This document shows positions 11,611 to 24,759 of a DNA stretch of 64,000 nucleotides, in pieces. How positions within the stretch are numbered: the stretch's first letter is position 1; the number at the start of each line of letters is the position of its first letter. The position numbers were made by a program, and so were the translations under genes. The stretch covers positions 52,640,001 to 52,704,000 of the forward strand of contig CM052817.1 of the NCBI GenBank assembly GCA_028534125.1. Reading direction: 5' to 3'. The DNA comes from Lama glama. Taxonomy: Eukaryota. The notes beneath the pieces were generated by a model. The model had not been told where the DNA came from, searched no databases, and worked only from the letters and a program-made list of their open reading frames with translations.

Positions 11611-13209
11611 AACTACTATACAGTTAGCCATATTTATCTTAGGATTATTTGTTTTAGTTAATTTAAGAAATAATTTAAATAAAAAAGGATTGGTGTTAAC
11701 ATGGTAGTTGCAAGGAAAAAATAGATGTCCATCACCTTGCCTTATAGTTTTTTCCTTCCTCAGTCTTTAATATGTTCACGTTCCTCTTGCTGCCTTCTTT
11801 AGTTACTTGTATAAATCAGCTGTCAGACATCACTCTATGCTAGTCACCCAGACTCAAAGTGATTTCTATCAGGAGCTATAAGTATTGTCAGCTTGTCAGG
11901 AGTGCCATTGCCTTGTGCTTTTCAACTTAGCAGTTGCTGTTTGATTGACATTTTTGAAATTCTGTCAGCTTTTCTTTCCTTTGTTTGCTTTGTACAGAAC
12001 AGAAAAAAAAAAGATGCAGTTCTTATCCATTAGCTTGGCAAAATCACAGCCTCTCTTAGAGAAAGTCCAATCTCTTAAATCATGTTATTTCATAAGTATA
12101 AAAATAAAGATGACTGAATAGAGACTACTGAATCAGTTGTCAAAAGGATTATTGGTCTAAAAATTAAACACTTTAGGTCTCAAATATCCATGTATAGGTT
12201 AAAATACCATAATGAAAAACAAAATATTATGAGATATTTACTGACATTCTTCAGTGTACAATAATATTATCTTTATTTTTTTGAAGAAACAAGTTTTATT
12301 AAATAGATAAAAAACCAATAATCAACAGTAGATTCCAAAATCTGTGAACTAAAATGAACTATAAACCAAGTATATTTGGTATTTATTTTGGTTTTGCTTA
12401 TTACAATATTGTAGAAAGCACTAATTGTTCCAAACAGTATTATGTCCCTTTAGAAGTCATAGATAAACTAATGTAAAATGTTACTCTTTGGCTTAAGAAG
12501 TCTAAGTGTCAAATCTAAGAAAATGAGAATCTTTTACTTACTATTATTTGAAATGAAAGTGAGGAAGACATAAGCAGAATTAATTATATTAAAGTACAGG
12601 TGTTCAAAATGAAAACCTATATGACATTATAAGTAATAAACAACTGGTAATATTGAAATGCTTTCACAGCATATTCTGTCAAAGATTTTTAAAAAAACTT
12701 TTCAGTGTTTTCCAGGTTGAAAATTTTACTGAATAACTATGGAGATATTTTAAATGCATAGAGTAGATGACATTTGCTTCAAATCTGAAAGTAGTCTTGT
12801 TAATAACTAAGAGATGCAGATAGTATTAAAATGAAGGTTAGACAATAGTTAAACAATGGGCAAGCTACCAGTTAAACAATGAAAAAGTAAGCCTATTGGA
12901 AAGAAGAGTATTAATCAGAAAAGCAAATATTTCACATTACACAATATAATTCTAATTTCATTTTTTATTAGTAAATAAATTATATCATAAAATAGCATAC
13001 ATGCCACATTATCAAACTTAATCAAGATATAGATCTACTATGCTATAGCTAAAACAGTGGAATTCAAATTATTTCTAGGGATGTAATTTTCTTATTAGGA
13101 AGGAGACATAGATATCAACTCAAATTTGGTAAAGTGAATGAAAAGTCAAACAGAAAAATAAGTCAAAATGATAAATGAAAATTATATATATATGTATATA
13201 TTATATAAT

Positions 13210-14481
13210 ACATTTATGTAAAAATTCTCAGTGGCTTATACACTTATTTCTTACTCAAAAGTTTGCAGGTTGGCTGCAATGACTCCATTTCAGGGGACTG
13301 GTGAATCTGAATCTACTATACATGAGTTCTTATTCCTGGTCCCAGATTGAAAGAACATCTTCTATCTGGGCAGATACACAAGGTGATTGTTGTAGTATCT
13401 CTTTACATCTCTGCTTGGAACCAACATCCTTTTGACTCCTTCCTTATTCTGTTTTTCAAAGCAAGCCACGTGGCCCATTCACATCAGTAACGCTAGGGCT
13501 CAATTGAAGGTTACATGACAGGAGAGGGAATTTTGCTAAAAATGACATTTTTGTCCAGGAGTTACTATCTTAGCCATACATATGTAGCTTCCTTTCTTCC
13601 ATATGGAAAACAAATCACTGAAACCCAAGGAGGACATCCCAGAAGTGTCAACCAAACAAAACCTGTAGCTCTAAGTCTTTGATACTTCAATAATTTCTAC
13701 ATCAGATCTAAATGGGGTTCCTTCTGGGCTGGAAATTTAAGGACAAAAGAGAAAGAGAAAGGAGGGAGGGAGGGAAGGAGAAGAAGAGAGAGAAGGAAGG
13801 GAAGGAAAGAGGGAGGAAAGAAGGAAGGAAGGAAAGAAAGAAGGAAGGCAGGAAGGCAGGCAGGCAGGCAGGAAGGAAGGAGGGAAGGACATTTAATACA
13901 ATGTGATGGAACAGGGTCCTATTCTAAAAGGGGAAAAACTGAAATCACATTGCTGACATCTGTAGAAATTCTGAAATCCCTTTCTTAGACCCTAGTACTG
14001 CTGTTTGGAGTAGCTTAACAGGCCATTTTTCTTCATGGGCTTTGGCTTCCCACTCTGGGCGTTTTTATTATATTACTTACACACATTTGAAAAAGGCATT
14101 AGAAAATATTTCCTCCTTGCTGCCTAAGCAGTTTCTCTATCAGATTTCTGTCTCTAAAATATTGGATGCTCAAGAGTAAATTTCCATTTCAAAGTTTCAG
14201 TTTTTCTTCATTCAAGACAAAAATTTTGGTTATCCATCCCTGAAAAAACATTATTAGATTTTTTTTCCTAATTATTATAACTTGCAGGTTTAATTGATTC
14301 CAGTCACACTCACCCACAATTCATTCAAAATATGCCTATTTCTTCATTAACTTGAATACAGATTCTTTGGACATGTAAGGCATCAGTGGCACATGGCCTC
14401 AATCTCTGTTACCTAAGCTTTTGTATTTTTAAAATTCATACCTTCTATTGTGGACATCTCTAATCCAAACAGAGATGTCTT
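13210..14481 (-). mobile_element. Old MaLR (MLT1I/J-like) LTR plus internal sequence, left part
   Basis: AAAATTCTCAGTGGCTTATACACTTATTTCTTACTCA...GCAAGCCACGTGGCC is LTR-like to ~13545, followed by MLT1-int-like sequence. Confidence 0.6.
13745..13889. repeat. Purine-rich (GGAA/GGCA/GA)n microsatellite
   Basis: Directly visible GGAAGGAAGG...GGCAGGCAGGCA tract. It explains the E/R/K/G-rich ORF at 13712-13906. Confidence 0.95.
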
Positions 14482-16772
14482 TTTTTTTTTTAATGTTTTA
14501 ATTTAACCATTTAAAATTGAAATGTTGTTAATTTACAATGTTGTGTTGTATTCAGGTATAGAGCAAAGTGATTCAGTTTATATATATATATATCTATGGG
14601 CTGAGTAGTATTCCATTGTGTGTGTGTGTGTGTGTGTACACATACCACAACTTCTTTATCCACTCATTGATTGATGGACATTTATGTTGTTTCCATATCT
14701 TTGATAATGTAAATAGTGCTGCTGTGAACATTGGGGTTCATGTATCTTTTTGAATTATAATTTTCTCTGGATATATGCCTAAGAGTGAGATTGCAGGATC
14801 ATTTGATAACACTATTTTAGTTTTTTAAGAAACTTCCATACTGTACTCCATAGTGGCTGCACCGATTTACATTCCCATCAACAGTAGAGAAGAGTTCCTT
14901 TTTCTCCATACCCTCTCTGTCATTTATTATTTGTAGACTTTAATGATGGCCATTCTGACTAATGTGAGATATACCTCATTATAGTTTTGATTTGCATTTA
15001 TCTAATAATTAATGATACTAAGCATTTTTCCATGTGGCTTTTGGACATCTGAATTTCTTTGGAGAAATGTCTGTTTAGGTCTTCTGCCCATTTTTTATTT
15101 TAAATTTTTTTATTGAGCTGTATATTTTGGAATTAAGCCCTGTCAGTTGCATCATTTGCAAATATTTTCTTTCATTCTGTAAGTTGTCTCATTTTGTTTA
15201 TTTCCTTTACTGTGCAAAATCGTTTTTATGTAATTAGGTCCCATTTGTTTATTTTTGTTTTTATTTCTATTACTCTAGGAGACAGATCCAAAAAAATATT
15301 TCTGTGATTTATGCCAGAATGTTCTGCGTATGTTTTCCTCCAGGAATTTTATAGTATATGGTCTTACATTTAGGTCTTTAATCCATTTTGGGTTTATTTT
15401 TGTATATGATGTTAGAGAATGTTTTAATTTCATTCTTTTACATGTAGTTGTCTAGTTTTCCCTGTGCCACTTATTGAAGAGACTGTCTTTTGGCCATTGC
15501 ATTTTCTTACCTCCTTTGTTATAGATTAATTGATCATTAATTAGTTCATGGATTTATTTCTGGGTTTTCTATCTTGTTCCATGGATCTGTATGTCTGTAT
15601 TTGTGCTAGTGCTGTACTGTTTTGATTACTGTAGCTTTGTAGCATAGTCTAAAGTCAGGGAGCATGATTCCTCCATCTCCATTCTTCTTTCTCAAGATTG
15701 TTTTGGCTATTTGAGGTCTTTCATGTTTCCATACAAATTTTAAAAGTTTTTGTTCCAGTTTTTAAAAAAATGCCATTGGTATTTTGATAGGGATTACATT
15801 GAATCTGTAGTTTGCCTTAGGTAGTATGTTCACTTTAACAATATTTATTCTTCTAGTCTAAGAACATGGTATATCTTTCCATCTATTTGTGTCATGTTCA
15901 GTTTTTTTCATTGGAGTCTTATAGTTTTTGGAGTATAGGGCTTTTGCCTCCTTAGGTAGGTTTCTTCCTAGGTATTTTATTCTTTTTGATGAGATAGTAA
16001 ATGGGATTGTTTCCTTAATTTCTCTTTCTGATATTTGGTTGTTAGTGTATAGAAGTGCAACAGAGTTCTGTATATTCATTTTTATGTCCATCGACTTTAC
16101 TAAATTCATTGATGAGCTCTAGTAGTTTTCTACTAGTGTCTTTAGGATTTTCTATGTATAATGTCATGTCATCTGCAGACAGTGACAGTTTTACTTATTC
16201 TTTTCCAATTTGGATTCTCTTTATTTCTTTTTCGTGTCTCATTGCTGTGACAAGGGCTTCCAAAAATATGTTGAATAGAAGTGTTAAAAGTGAGCATCCT
16301 TGTCTTGTTCCTGATCATAGAGGAAATGCTCTCAGCTTTTCACTGTTGAGCATGATGTTAGTTGTGAATTTATCACATATGGACTTTATTATGTTGAGGT
16401 ATATTCCCTTATGCCCACTTTCTGAAAAATTTTTATCATAAATGGATGCTAAATTTATCAGAAGCTTTTTCTTCATCTGTTGAGATGATCATATGGTTTT
16501 TATTCTTCAGTTTGTTAAAGTGGTTTATCACACTAATTAATTTGGAGATATTGAAAAATCCTTGCATCCCTGCAATAAATCCCACTTGATCATAGTGTAT
16601 AATCCTTTTAATGTATTGTTGGAGTTGGTTTGGCAGTATTTTGTTGAGGATTTTTGCATTCATATTTATCAGTAATATTGGCCTGTAATTTCTTTGTTTG
16701 TGGTATCTTTGTCTGGTTTTGGTATCAGAGTGATAGTGGCCTCATAGAATGAGTTCAGAAGTGTTCCTTCCT
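14482..16772 (-). mobile_element. 5'-truncated lineage-specific LINE-1 (RT through 3'UTR and polyA) with TSD
   Basis: Poly-T at ~14480-14491. Minus-strand ORFs 16436-16663 ([34 protein letters not shown]) and 15858-16109 (IKYLGRNL...RWKDIPCS) are L1 ORF2 RT. The catalytic motif reads LSLSADDM at ~16165-16188. TSD CAAACAGAGATGTCTT (14466-14481) / CAATCAGAGGTGTCTT (16773-16788). Confidence 0.97.
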
Positions 16773-17280
16773 CAATCAGAGGTGTCTTAATATAATAGAT
16801 TTTAATGTTATATGACAAGTCTCAAAATTTCTGGATTCTTCTTTTTCTCTTTCATCATTCCTCTGCCAGATACTATATTAGCCAGCTTTTGCAGTTTTAA
16901 TACTGTTTTCAAATGTCCCAAAACATCTATGGTTTACAGTAATTAACATTATTATTATCTCCTTGGCCTGCATGCTGACTGGTGAAACTCTGCTTCAGAT
17001 GTTACACAGAGTTCAGATGTGGTCCACAGGCCTTCTCTTTTCTGCATGTTAAGTTGGAGAACTAGCTTCTATTATGGCATGTGTTCTCATGGTAGAGGCA
17101 GACAGTGTGTAGAAACTTGCCAGGCTTCTTAGAAACTCTATTTGGAGCAGACACACTGTCACTTGCATACAGTACCATTGGCCAAACCAAATCATATAGC
17201 TGAGATCAAAATCAGTAGAGTGGGAAAGTATAGCCCTCCCACAGCAGGAGGAACGTGAATATTTGGTAAATAATAAAAAA
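16773..17280 (-). mobile_element. MaLR internal end plus second MLT1I/J-like LTR (right part of the element split by L1)
   Basis: Second LTR-like copy from ~16873 (TATATTAGCCAGCTTTTGC...CATTGGCCAAACCAAATCATATAGCTGAG...GGGAAAGTATAGCCCTCCCAC). Confidence 0.65.
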
Positions 17281-17309
17281 AATTACAACTAAGTTCAACA
17301 GGTCGAAAC

Positions 17310-17700
17310 ATGCCAAAATTCATGATAAATATAAAAGGACTGAATTGCCTATTAAAAGAAAATCTTCCAAGTAGATTAAAAAAAAAAGAACACTCAGGTA
17401 TATTTTATTTTAAGTGAAAAGGTTAAAACATAAAAACCCCACAAAGTTAAAATTAAAAAGATGTTTCAGGCTAATGCTAAGAAAATAATATTTGTATAGG
17501 TAATTAATATCAGATAGAATAGACCTTATGACAAAAGTCTTATTCAGGATGGAGACCACCATATCATGATGAGAGAAGTTATGTTTCCTAAGAAAATACT
17601 GTGATTTTTTTTAACCTGGATACAACTAATAAAATGCCTCAAAATAAAAGTGGACTAAATTGGGAAAATGGCTAAGAGTGAATTAATGAACCTGTTATAA
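17310..17700 (+). mobile_element. Ancient L1M ORF2 endonuclease-region fragment
   Basis: AAATATAAAAGGACTGAATTGCCTATTAAAAGA...ATTAATATCAGATAGAATAGAC resembles the start of L1 ORF2. Confidence 0.6.
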
Positions 17701-17789
17701 CAGAATATAACCCATTACAAATAATAGGTTGCCTTGAGTCTATAAATAAATAAATTAAAATTTGATTGACAACCATGATATATTACATG

Positions 17790-18355
17790 ATTTCAAAATT
17801 ACTTATTAATGACAAAGGGGAAAAAGAGTAATATTACAGTGGAAAAAACTGGCAATGTACCTTAATCAAACAATCAAAGCTAACATCATAAATAATGGGA
17901 CTAAGAGAAAACATGTGCCACCTAATAGGATTCAGTGAGGAAAAAAAAACAAAAAACACTTCATTTCTGTGATGTTCCTGCCAAATATGCATATCCTGAA
18001 ACTAATCATGAGAAAACAGCAAACAAATCAAAGAGAAGGACTTTCTAAAAATAACTAGCCTATAATCTTCAAACGTGTCAAGGTCATAAAAGTCAAATAA
18101 AGACAGATTTTTTTTTTTAAATTGAAGACAACGAAGTAGAAATGATAAATAAAAGCAATAAATGATTCTAGTCTGACATATTCTCTTTTAAAAGGCATTA
18201 ATAGAAATGTTGGCAAAATATAAGCTGTGTCTGAGGATTAGATGGTAGTAATATGTTAATAATTTTTTGTCTTTAACCCTTGCATTTTAGTTATGTAGAA
18301 AAATAATCTTATTTCTAGGAAATACATTCTAAAATATTTGGAGATGGTGGCACAT
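17790..18355 (+). mobile_element. L1MC/ME-type 3'UTR fragment
   Basis: TTACAGTGGAAAAAACTGGC...CCTTAATCAAACAATCAAAGCTAACATCA...TTCTGTGATGTTCCTGCCAAA pattern. Confidence 0.7.
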
Positions 18356-19099
18356 TACGTTGACATTTCAGACATATAAGCAATCTATTACAGGTTTCTA
18401 TGTGCTAAATTTTTTATATAAGTACATAGTATTTTATTTTCCAGAAATACTCATAAACAACTGTTGTGAGATAATCTTTATAAGTAAGATCAGGAGAGCA
18501 CCAACAGATGTGGCCTTCTAAAGTCTGTATAAAACTTCTGAGTGCATATTTAGCCAATTTATCCCAATCTTAGAATGGATACAACTTGTACTGAATTAGG
18601 GCAAAATTCACATTGGTAGTTTGAAAATGTATTTAATAAAGGGAATTTATTTTTCTCTTAGTTGAACGATCTGTTCTCTTGACTAGGTATTTTGATGTTC
18701 GTTGTCCAAAGACTCATCTACACCTTATTAACAAGGACTTTTTTCTTATAATATAATCCATTCATCTATTTTTTTAAATTAATGAATAATCATTATATGC
18801 TTGGAATACATTTTAGCTTTCCTTTAAAGAATTCTTATAGTAAACTAACTGGAATAAATAAACTTTCAATTGCAACTATTCTGATTATGCAGTTTAAATT
18901 TGAATTTTTTAATCTCATAAAGCTTTTTATTGATTTAAAATCATAATAATTTAGCTGGCAGTTAATCAGAAATATAAAATATAAACCCTCAATATATGAC
19001 TTTAACATTTTTAGACTCATGCTTTAACTGAAGCAGTCCTCTATTCATGATGAGACAATAAATACATAAAAGAGAAACTGAATATACCCTTAAGTTTCA

Positions 19100-19885
19100 T
19101 ATTTTATTCATCTAACATTGTATTAAATATCATTATCTGTTAGGCTTGTGATATAGAGTAGTGAATAATACAGACAAAATGCCTACTCTTATGCCCTCAC
19201 AGAGCTTACTTGCTAAAGGAAGGAGACAGACTGTGTATGAATGTATGTGTGTGTACACATATACTCACAGATATATGCACATGCACACACATGCATGGAC
19301 AATATAAATGCTATTTATGATATTATTTTCTGTGAAGGAAATGAAAGTGGCTTAAGAGGGTTCTACTTTAAGCAGAGTGATCAGTGATGTTTTCTGTGAA
19401 GGAGTGACTTTTGGCTTCAGCTGGAACTATGAAAAGAATCTATGCCAAGAGCTTTGAGGGGTTAGGATAGAAAATGAAGGCCTGTGATGAAAAGAACTCA
19501 ACTGGTTTGAGAAACAGGAAGCAGTTAAGTATGGCTGTCACAGAATGAATGGGAAGGAATGTGGAGCAGAAACAAATGAGGAATTAGACAGAAGCCAGGG
19601 TGCATAAGACATTTAAGTTCACAGTGAAAAGTTTCAATTTTCTTTTCTGTGTGTTGGAAAGCCTTTAAACGCTTCCAAGCTAAGTTCATTTTGCTTTTTA
19701 AAAGACCACTCAGGATGCAGTGAAATAGGTTCATAATGAGTGGTAAGAGTAGAGGCTGCAGTAAGCTGGTGCCGCGGTACACCAGGTAGTGCAGGCCATG
19801 TTAGGATTTTAAAACATTCTTAGAACACTGGGGAGCACTCACAGTTTTAAAGCTATGGAGTTGGATTATCATTTTTGTACTTATT
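19100..19885 (-). mobile_element. L2 fragment(s)
   Basis: GTGAATAATACAGACAAAATGCCT...CTCACAGAGCTTAC...TTTTTAAAAGACCACTC. Confidence 0.75.
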
Positions 19886-21029
19886 TTCTAACACAGAATA
19901 TAAAAATGCATTTGCTACATATTAAGTATGCCAAAAAATGGCACAAGTAACTTCTTATGACTAAATATAACTGACTTTTACTTAATTTACTTAATTTACC
20001 AAATGTATATATTTCCCTTAAGATTTAATTGATGGAAGAAATTATAATATAAATGTGATGCTTTCTTTAACAGTATATAAAAAACAGCTCTAAGTTCTAT
20101 CATTGTACTAAAGTTACTTAAGAATTTTAAAATGCAAGTTCCAAATAATCTATATAAGTAAAGGTAATAGTCATTTTTTTAGGAAGGGAAATATATTCTT
20201 TTAAAAATACTCGTGATATAAGAAGCATATACAAATAATTTTTTGAACTTCTGCTCCAGTCTGTATATTATTTGATGGGAGAACCATAGTTTTAATTCTG
20301 TAATTCTTAAGTTTGTGTACACGTGGAAGAGCAAACAAACTGAACTAGAGTTGAGGGACTAAGGGAAAGAGCAAAAGGGAAAAAGTGAAACAGAAAGGAT
20401 AGAACTGGAGGCTGCACAGAAGTCAAATAGGAAATGAATTTCAATATTAGAGTGCTTGGGACATTTATCAAAATATAACAATCGTAATATACTCAGTATA
20501 CTGTTGCATAAGTATTACTCTTTTTAGCAAAGTAAACAAGGTTTACAATAAAATGTTATTCAGAGTTATTTATATTAAAACATATTAACAAATGCCAATG
20601 CACATACATAAACTGAATAATTTAACATTTTCTAAAACAAAGCTGGATATGATTAAACTAGCAAAAATGATTGTCTCCTACCAACATCTTTCTACCTAAA
20701 AGACAAAGTTATACTCCTTCTTCTGATTTAAAAAGGTGCTAGACCAGAGGATACATAGATACTTTTTAACACAGGCTGTTATCTTTCAGAATAAGTAAGC
20801 CTTAAAATGAATTTCATATTTAGCTGACAGTGGACTTTATAAAGCACAATTAGGCATGTAACAACCTTCATGAAACAAAAGATAATAATAATTCAATCAG
20901 TATCATCAGGGCTTTTGTTTAATTCTAAATGTACTAATAAAGATATTTAAAATTTTTCAGGTCTATCTTGCTAGATATGCTAATGATTATTTTTATGTTT
21001 TATTTTATTTAATTTTAATAATAATAATT

Positions 21030-21222
21030 GTCAGCCCCCACCTTTGGATTAAGTTCATCAGCAACTGTGGTAGTTGATTTAGTAACTCATCTGCTTTTGC
21101 TCTCTTCTTTTCTCTGTATCACTTCTCTCCTCTTCTGCTAATTTTTTTTCTGTACCTCCTGGATAAAGAATCTAGACTTGAATATTTGACTTAGAATCTG
21201 CTTCTGGGAGTAGCCATACTAA
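21030..21222 (+). mobile_element. Ancient ERVL-class 5' LTR end (LTR16/LTR33-like)
   Basis: Ends ...CTTGAATATTTGACTTAGAATCTGCTTCTGGGAGTAGCCATACTAA, immediately followed by the PBS-like TTTGGTACCAGA. Confidence 0.6.
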
Positions 21223-24200
21223 TTTGGTACCAGACTTGGGACAAAGAATTAGATACTCATGTAGAGATTGTTAAATTACTTACCAGCAAGATAACAGCAA
21301 AACCATATTTTGGTGGTAAGTGGCATGGTTATGTTTTGGCACTTTGTAGCATTACAATCATTAAAAGTCCTGCATGTGTGAAATCAGGGTGGGATACAAG
21401 TGAAGAGTTGTGCTGACATATGTAACCTTTCTTGCTTTTGAGAAAATGATGAAGATGGTGGTTGTGAAGATACTAGTGTAGGTGGTTGGTTTTTAAATGC
21501 CATTGATGCACTCAAGCAACAAAATGACAAGTATGACAGCCATAAGCCAGCCAGCCAGCCAATAATCAGTAAATTATGTGAAAATCCAAAATTCTGTGGA
21601 ATCCGCAAGTCTTCTATGAGAAGATTTAAAGATATCCCTATCCCATTGAATGAAATAAGGCACAGGGCCCGATTTCAGAGAACAAATTTTTTGAAGATTC
21701 TTCTTCACTAAAGACATAGCTCTGGTAGACCTGTTAGATCCTGATACCTGATATGGGAGCATCTAGCCGGATGTACTTAACCTTGATTTCTTAACCTTCT
21801 TACGTTAGGATAGAAGCTTGCTCATGCCTTGACAATATGGAGTCGTCTCAACTGGGTTTTAAGTGGATACTTCAAATAATGATATTTGTCCTCTTAACTT
21901 TTGCCCTCATATTCTGTAGGGTATCTAGGTCAATAACTAGAATCAAATCTCATAATGGCGTGACTCAGCAATAATTACATGTTTCAGGAGTAAAGGTATT
22001 AGCCACCAGAAGACCTACACAAGTTCAGGCTAACATATGCATAAAAGATAGGGAAAATATGATTGGAAATATATCTTGGGTTATTCAAGTAAAGTGATGC
22101 AGCAGATATGTCAAAATACAAGAAAATTACTAATAAGAATTATCCTATTGTGATGTAAGATATAACATTCTTGAGCTGGTCTTAAGATGATGCTTGAATG
22201 ATTTCTTGAATCTTGAGGAAAAAGTCAAAAAGCAAACAAACAAAAGCAATGATCTGCAGTAAATGAGTTGGAAATGCAGAATATATCTCGGCACAGTAAA
22301 AGATGAGGTCAAATCTCTATTTGGTCTCATGCCAGCAGAGATTTAGTTTATAAGACTAGAGAACTCATTGGTTAACGCTGTTCCTTTGTCGGGCACAGAG
22401 GATTTTTCTTTATCTAAGCAATAAGCAATGTGCTAATGAGAGAGCTCCTGGAGTCTTAAAAAACAATAGTATTTTCTGTCCTTTGTAGACCAAAATTGAT
22501 AAAAGAAGTTGTTATGCAACTGGGCTCCTAAGTATCAATAGTGATAATAAGATTTCAGAAAGCAGAAGCCTAATGACAGCATCTAACAGTCAGAGACAAG
22601 ATGTATACAATTACTAAAACAAGCAGGAAAGCTGAAATGACTCACAGCAATCTATGGGGGATGAGTAATAGACCATGGGGTTCCTAAGGATTAGGTATAC
22701 AAGCTGCCAGGGAGAATATTGCTTGATCTGTATAACAAAAACTGTTCAAGAGCTAATGAACCGAAGTCTACTTTCGGCTGCCTCAAAAGAAAATTATGAG
22801 CTCTTAATTCAGTTTCCAGGTCTCAGGACTGGAGAACATGAGTTGAACAGAAGGCTAAGTCACATTGAGAAAGATCACCAAACATCACAGCAACTGTATG
22901 TGAAGTGTTTTCCCCAGTTATTCTCTAAAGGCATCCACAATCATTATAGTAGAGTAAATATTCACTGGGGAAAAATAAGGCCTGGCATTTTTAAGGACTT
23001 TTACATAAAGTACAAAACTGACAAAGAAAAAAGAAAACAGAAGCACTATCACAGTACTACAGTAAGTATAGGGACATATAGAAAAGTCAGGTGATAGATG
23101 GAATGAGTAGAAGACATCAAATGGAATCTCCTGAAACTCCAAAGTTAGAAGCAATATTACAACTTTGGTGACATAACAGAGATTAATGCCACTCTTGAAA
23201 GCATAAACAATTCAGGAATGATACTCTCCATCATAACCCTTTATAATTCACTAGTCTGACTGCACAGTAATCTTATGGATTATAGTGGCTGCCAAAGGAC
23301 TATGGTAAACTTAAACAATGTGCTACCAATTATTGCAGCTTTTCCAGAGGTGGTGTTTTTACTAAACAGATTAATTCTGTGTCTGCACTCGGTTTGTTAT
23401 TTATTTGAAAAAATGCATAAACCATGTAAATTAGACATGGGAACAATAATAGCAGGTCCTTTGGTTGCCCTGGTTAGACTTATGAATGCCACAGGTGTGA
23501 TATTGTAAATAAAAAGATTTAAGCGAATTTCACAGTAGTAAATATTTAAAGGTCTGCTGCTCTTGGGCACATCAAAAAATTCCCAAGTTAAAGGATATAT
23601 TATTACACTTTGTCCTTTCTACCACCAAGAAACAAGTGGAGCATATGGTAGGCCTTTTTGGATTTTACATATAGCAAACATTGCTCTGACACTTGTCAGG
23701 TGACTTAGAAAGGTATCAGTTTTGAGTAGGTCCAGAGTGAAAAAAGACTGATTAGTAAGTGGCTTTATCACTTGAGCCAATTGGTCTTGCAGGTCATAGG
23801 ATTATAGAAATAATGGTTGCAGAAAAGAATAATGTAGAGTTTCTGGAAAATTCCAGTAGAAGAGTCGTGGTTCAAACACCCAGGGTTTTCTAACAAGGTC
23901 ATTTGGCTACATTAGAGAGCTGCTCATGGTTCAAAATTCAGTTCTTTTATGCTCTTTCAACTAGTGAAGATCAATTTCCTGACTTTGGTCCAACAAGTTG
24001 GCTGTACATCAACTGGTGCTAGGTTATTGTCAATCCATAGATCATAATTTCAGACAGTCACAGCAGCAATCCACCATATGATGGCAATGGCATGTCCAGA
24101 ATTAGTCACCAAAAGATCAATAGGGCCTAGCTAATATGTACCAATAGGAACTGGGGGAACATGAGTGTTTTTGGATCCTTGAGCATTGATGCAAACTCAG

Positions 24201-24740
24201 AGAGCACAGTAAGTTACAGAGTAAGTGATACAGACATATGTCTCCTATGTCTAATTTTCCAATGCCTCTCCATAAAATCATATCTATTGTGCTTTTTCTA
24301 CAATTAACTGTTGTCAGAAAAAAAAATGGCTTGGTTTTGTTCAGAGATGAGTTGGCTTGGTGTATTATCGTGAGCTGAAATGGGCAGAGGCCACTCCACA
24401 TCACCTCCTTGGGGCAGCCGTGAAAGTCAGTGTTGAGGGAAAATTCTCTGTATTGAGAGAACTTAGAAGTCTGGGAAACATCATGTTTATAGAACTATGA
24501 GAGTGAACACAACATTTATGGATCCTTTTTTCTTAAGTCAATGCCCACCTGAGAGCATGCATGACAGGGAAGCACTGAGTAACCTAGGAATGAGCTGAGT
24601 TCAGCTAGCCTCTCCCCTGGGTTATCCCAGGCTTACAAAGAAGATTTATGAATAAGTTAACCCCAGTTGTAGAGCTCTGGTAGTGTCATTTGGTGGTAGA
24701 GTCATTTTCACTATAACCATGTGTAGTTTCAAAAGCATGG
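21223..24740 (+). mobile_element. Ancient ERVL internal region (ERV3-16A3-like): degenerate gag, protease, RT, RNaseH
   Basis: PBS-like TGGTACCAG at ~21225. The ORF at 23275-23508 contains LNNVLPIIAAFPEVVFLL, resembling the ERVL RT segment KLNQVVTPIAAAVPDVVSLL. Further RT/RNaseH-like remnants extend to ~24600. No long intact frame. Confidence 0.8.
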
Positions 24741-24759
24741 AGAAGCACTGAGATGATGG

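Noticed and set aside
11969..12000. Polypyrimidine tract plus TACAG as a splice acceptor
   Set aside because: Good-looking acceptor, but no convincing downstream donor or reading frame. It cannot be supported without RNA data.
16055..16441. 128-aa + strand ORF
   Set aside because: It is the antisense frame of L1 ORF2 RT, a common artefact.
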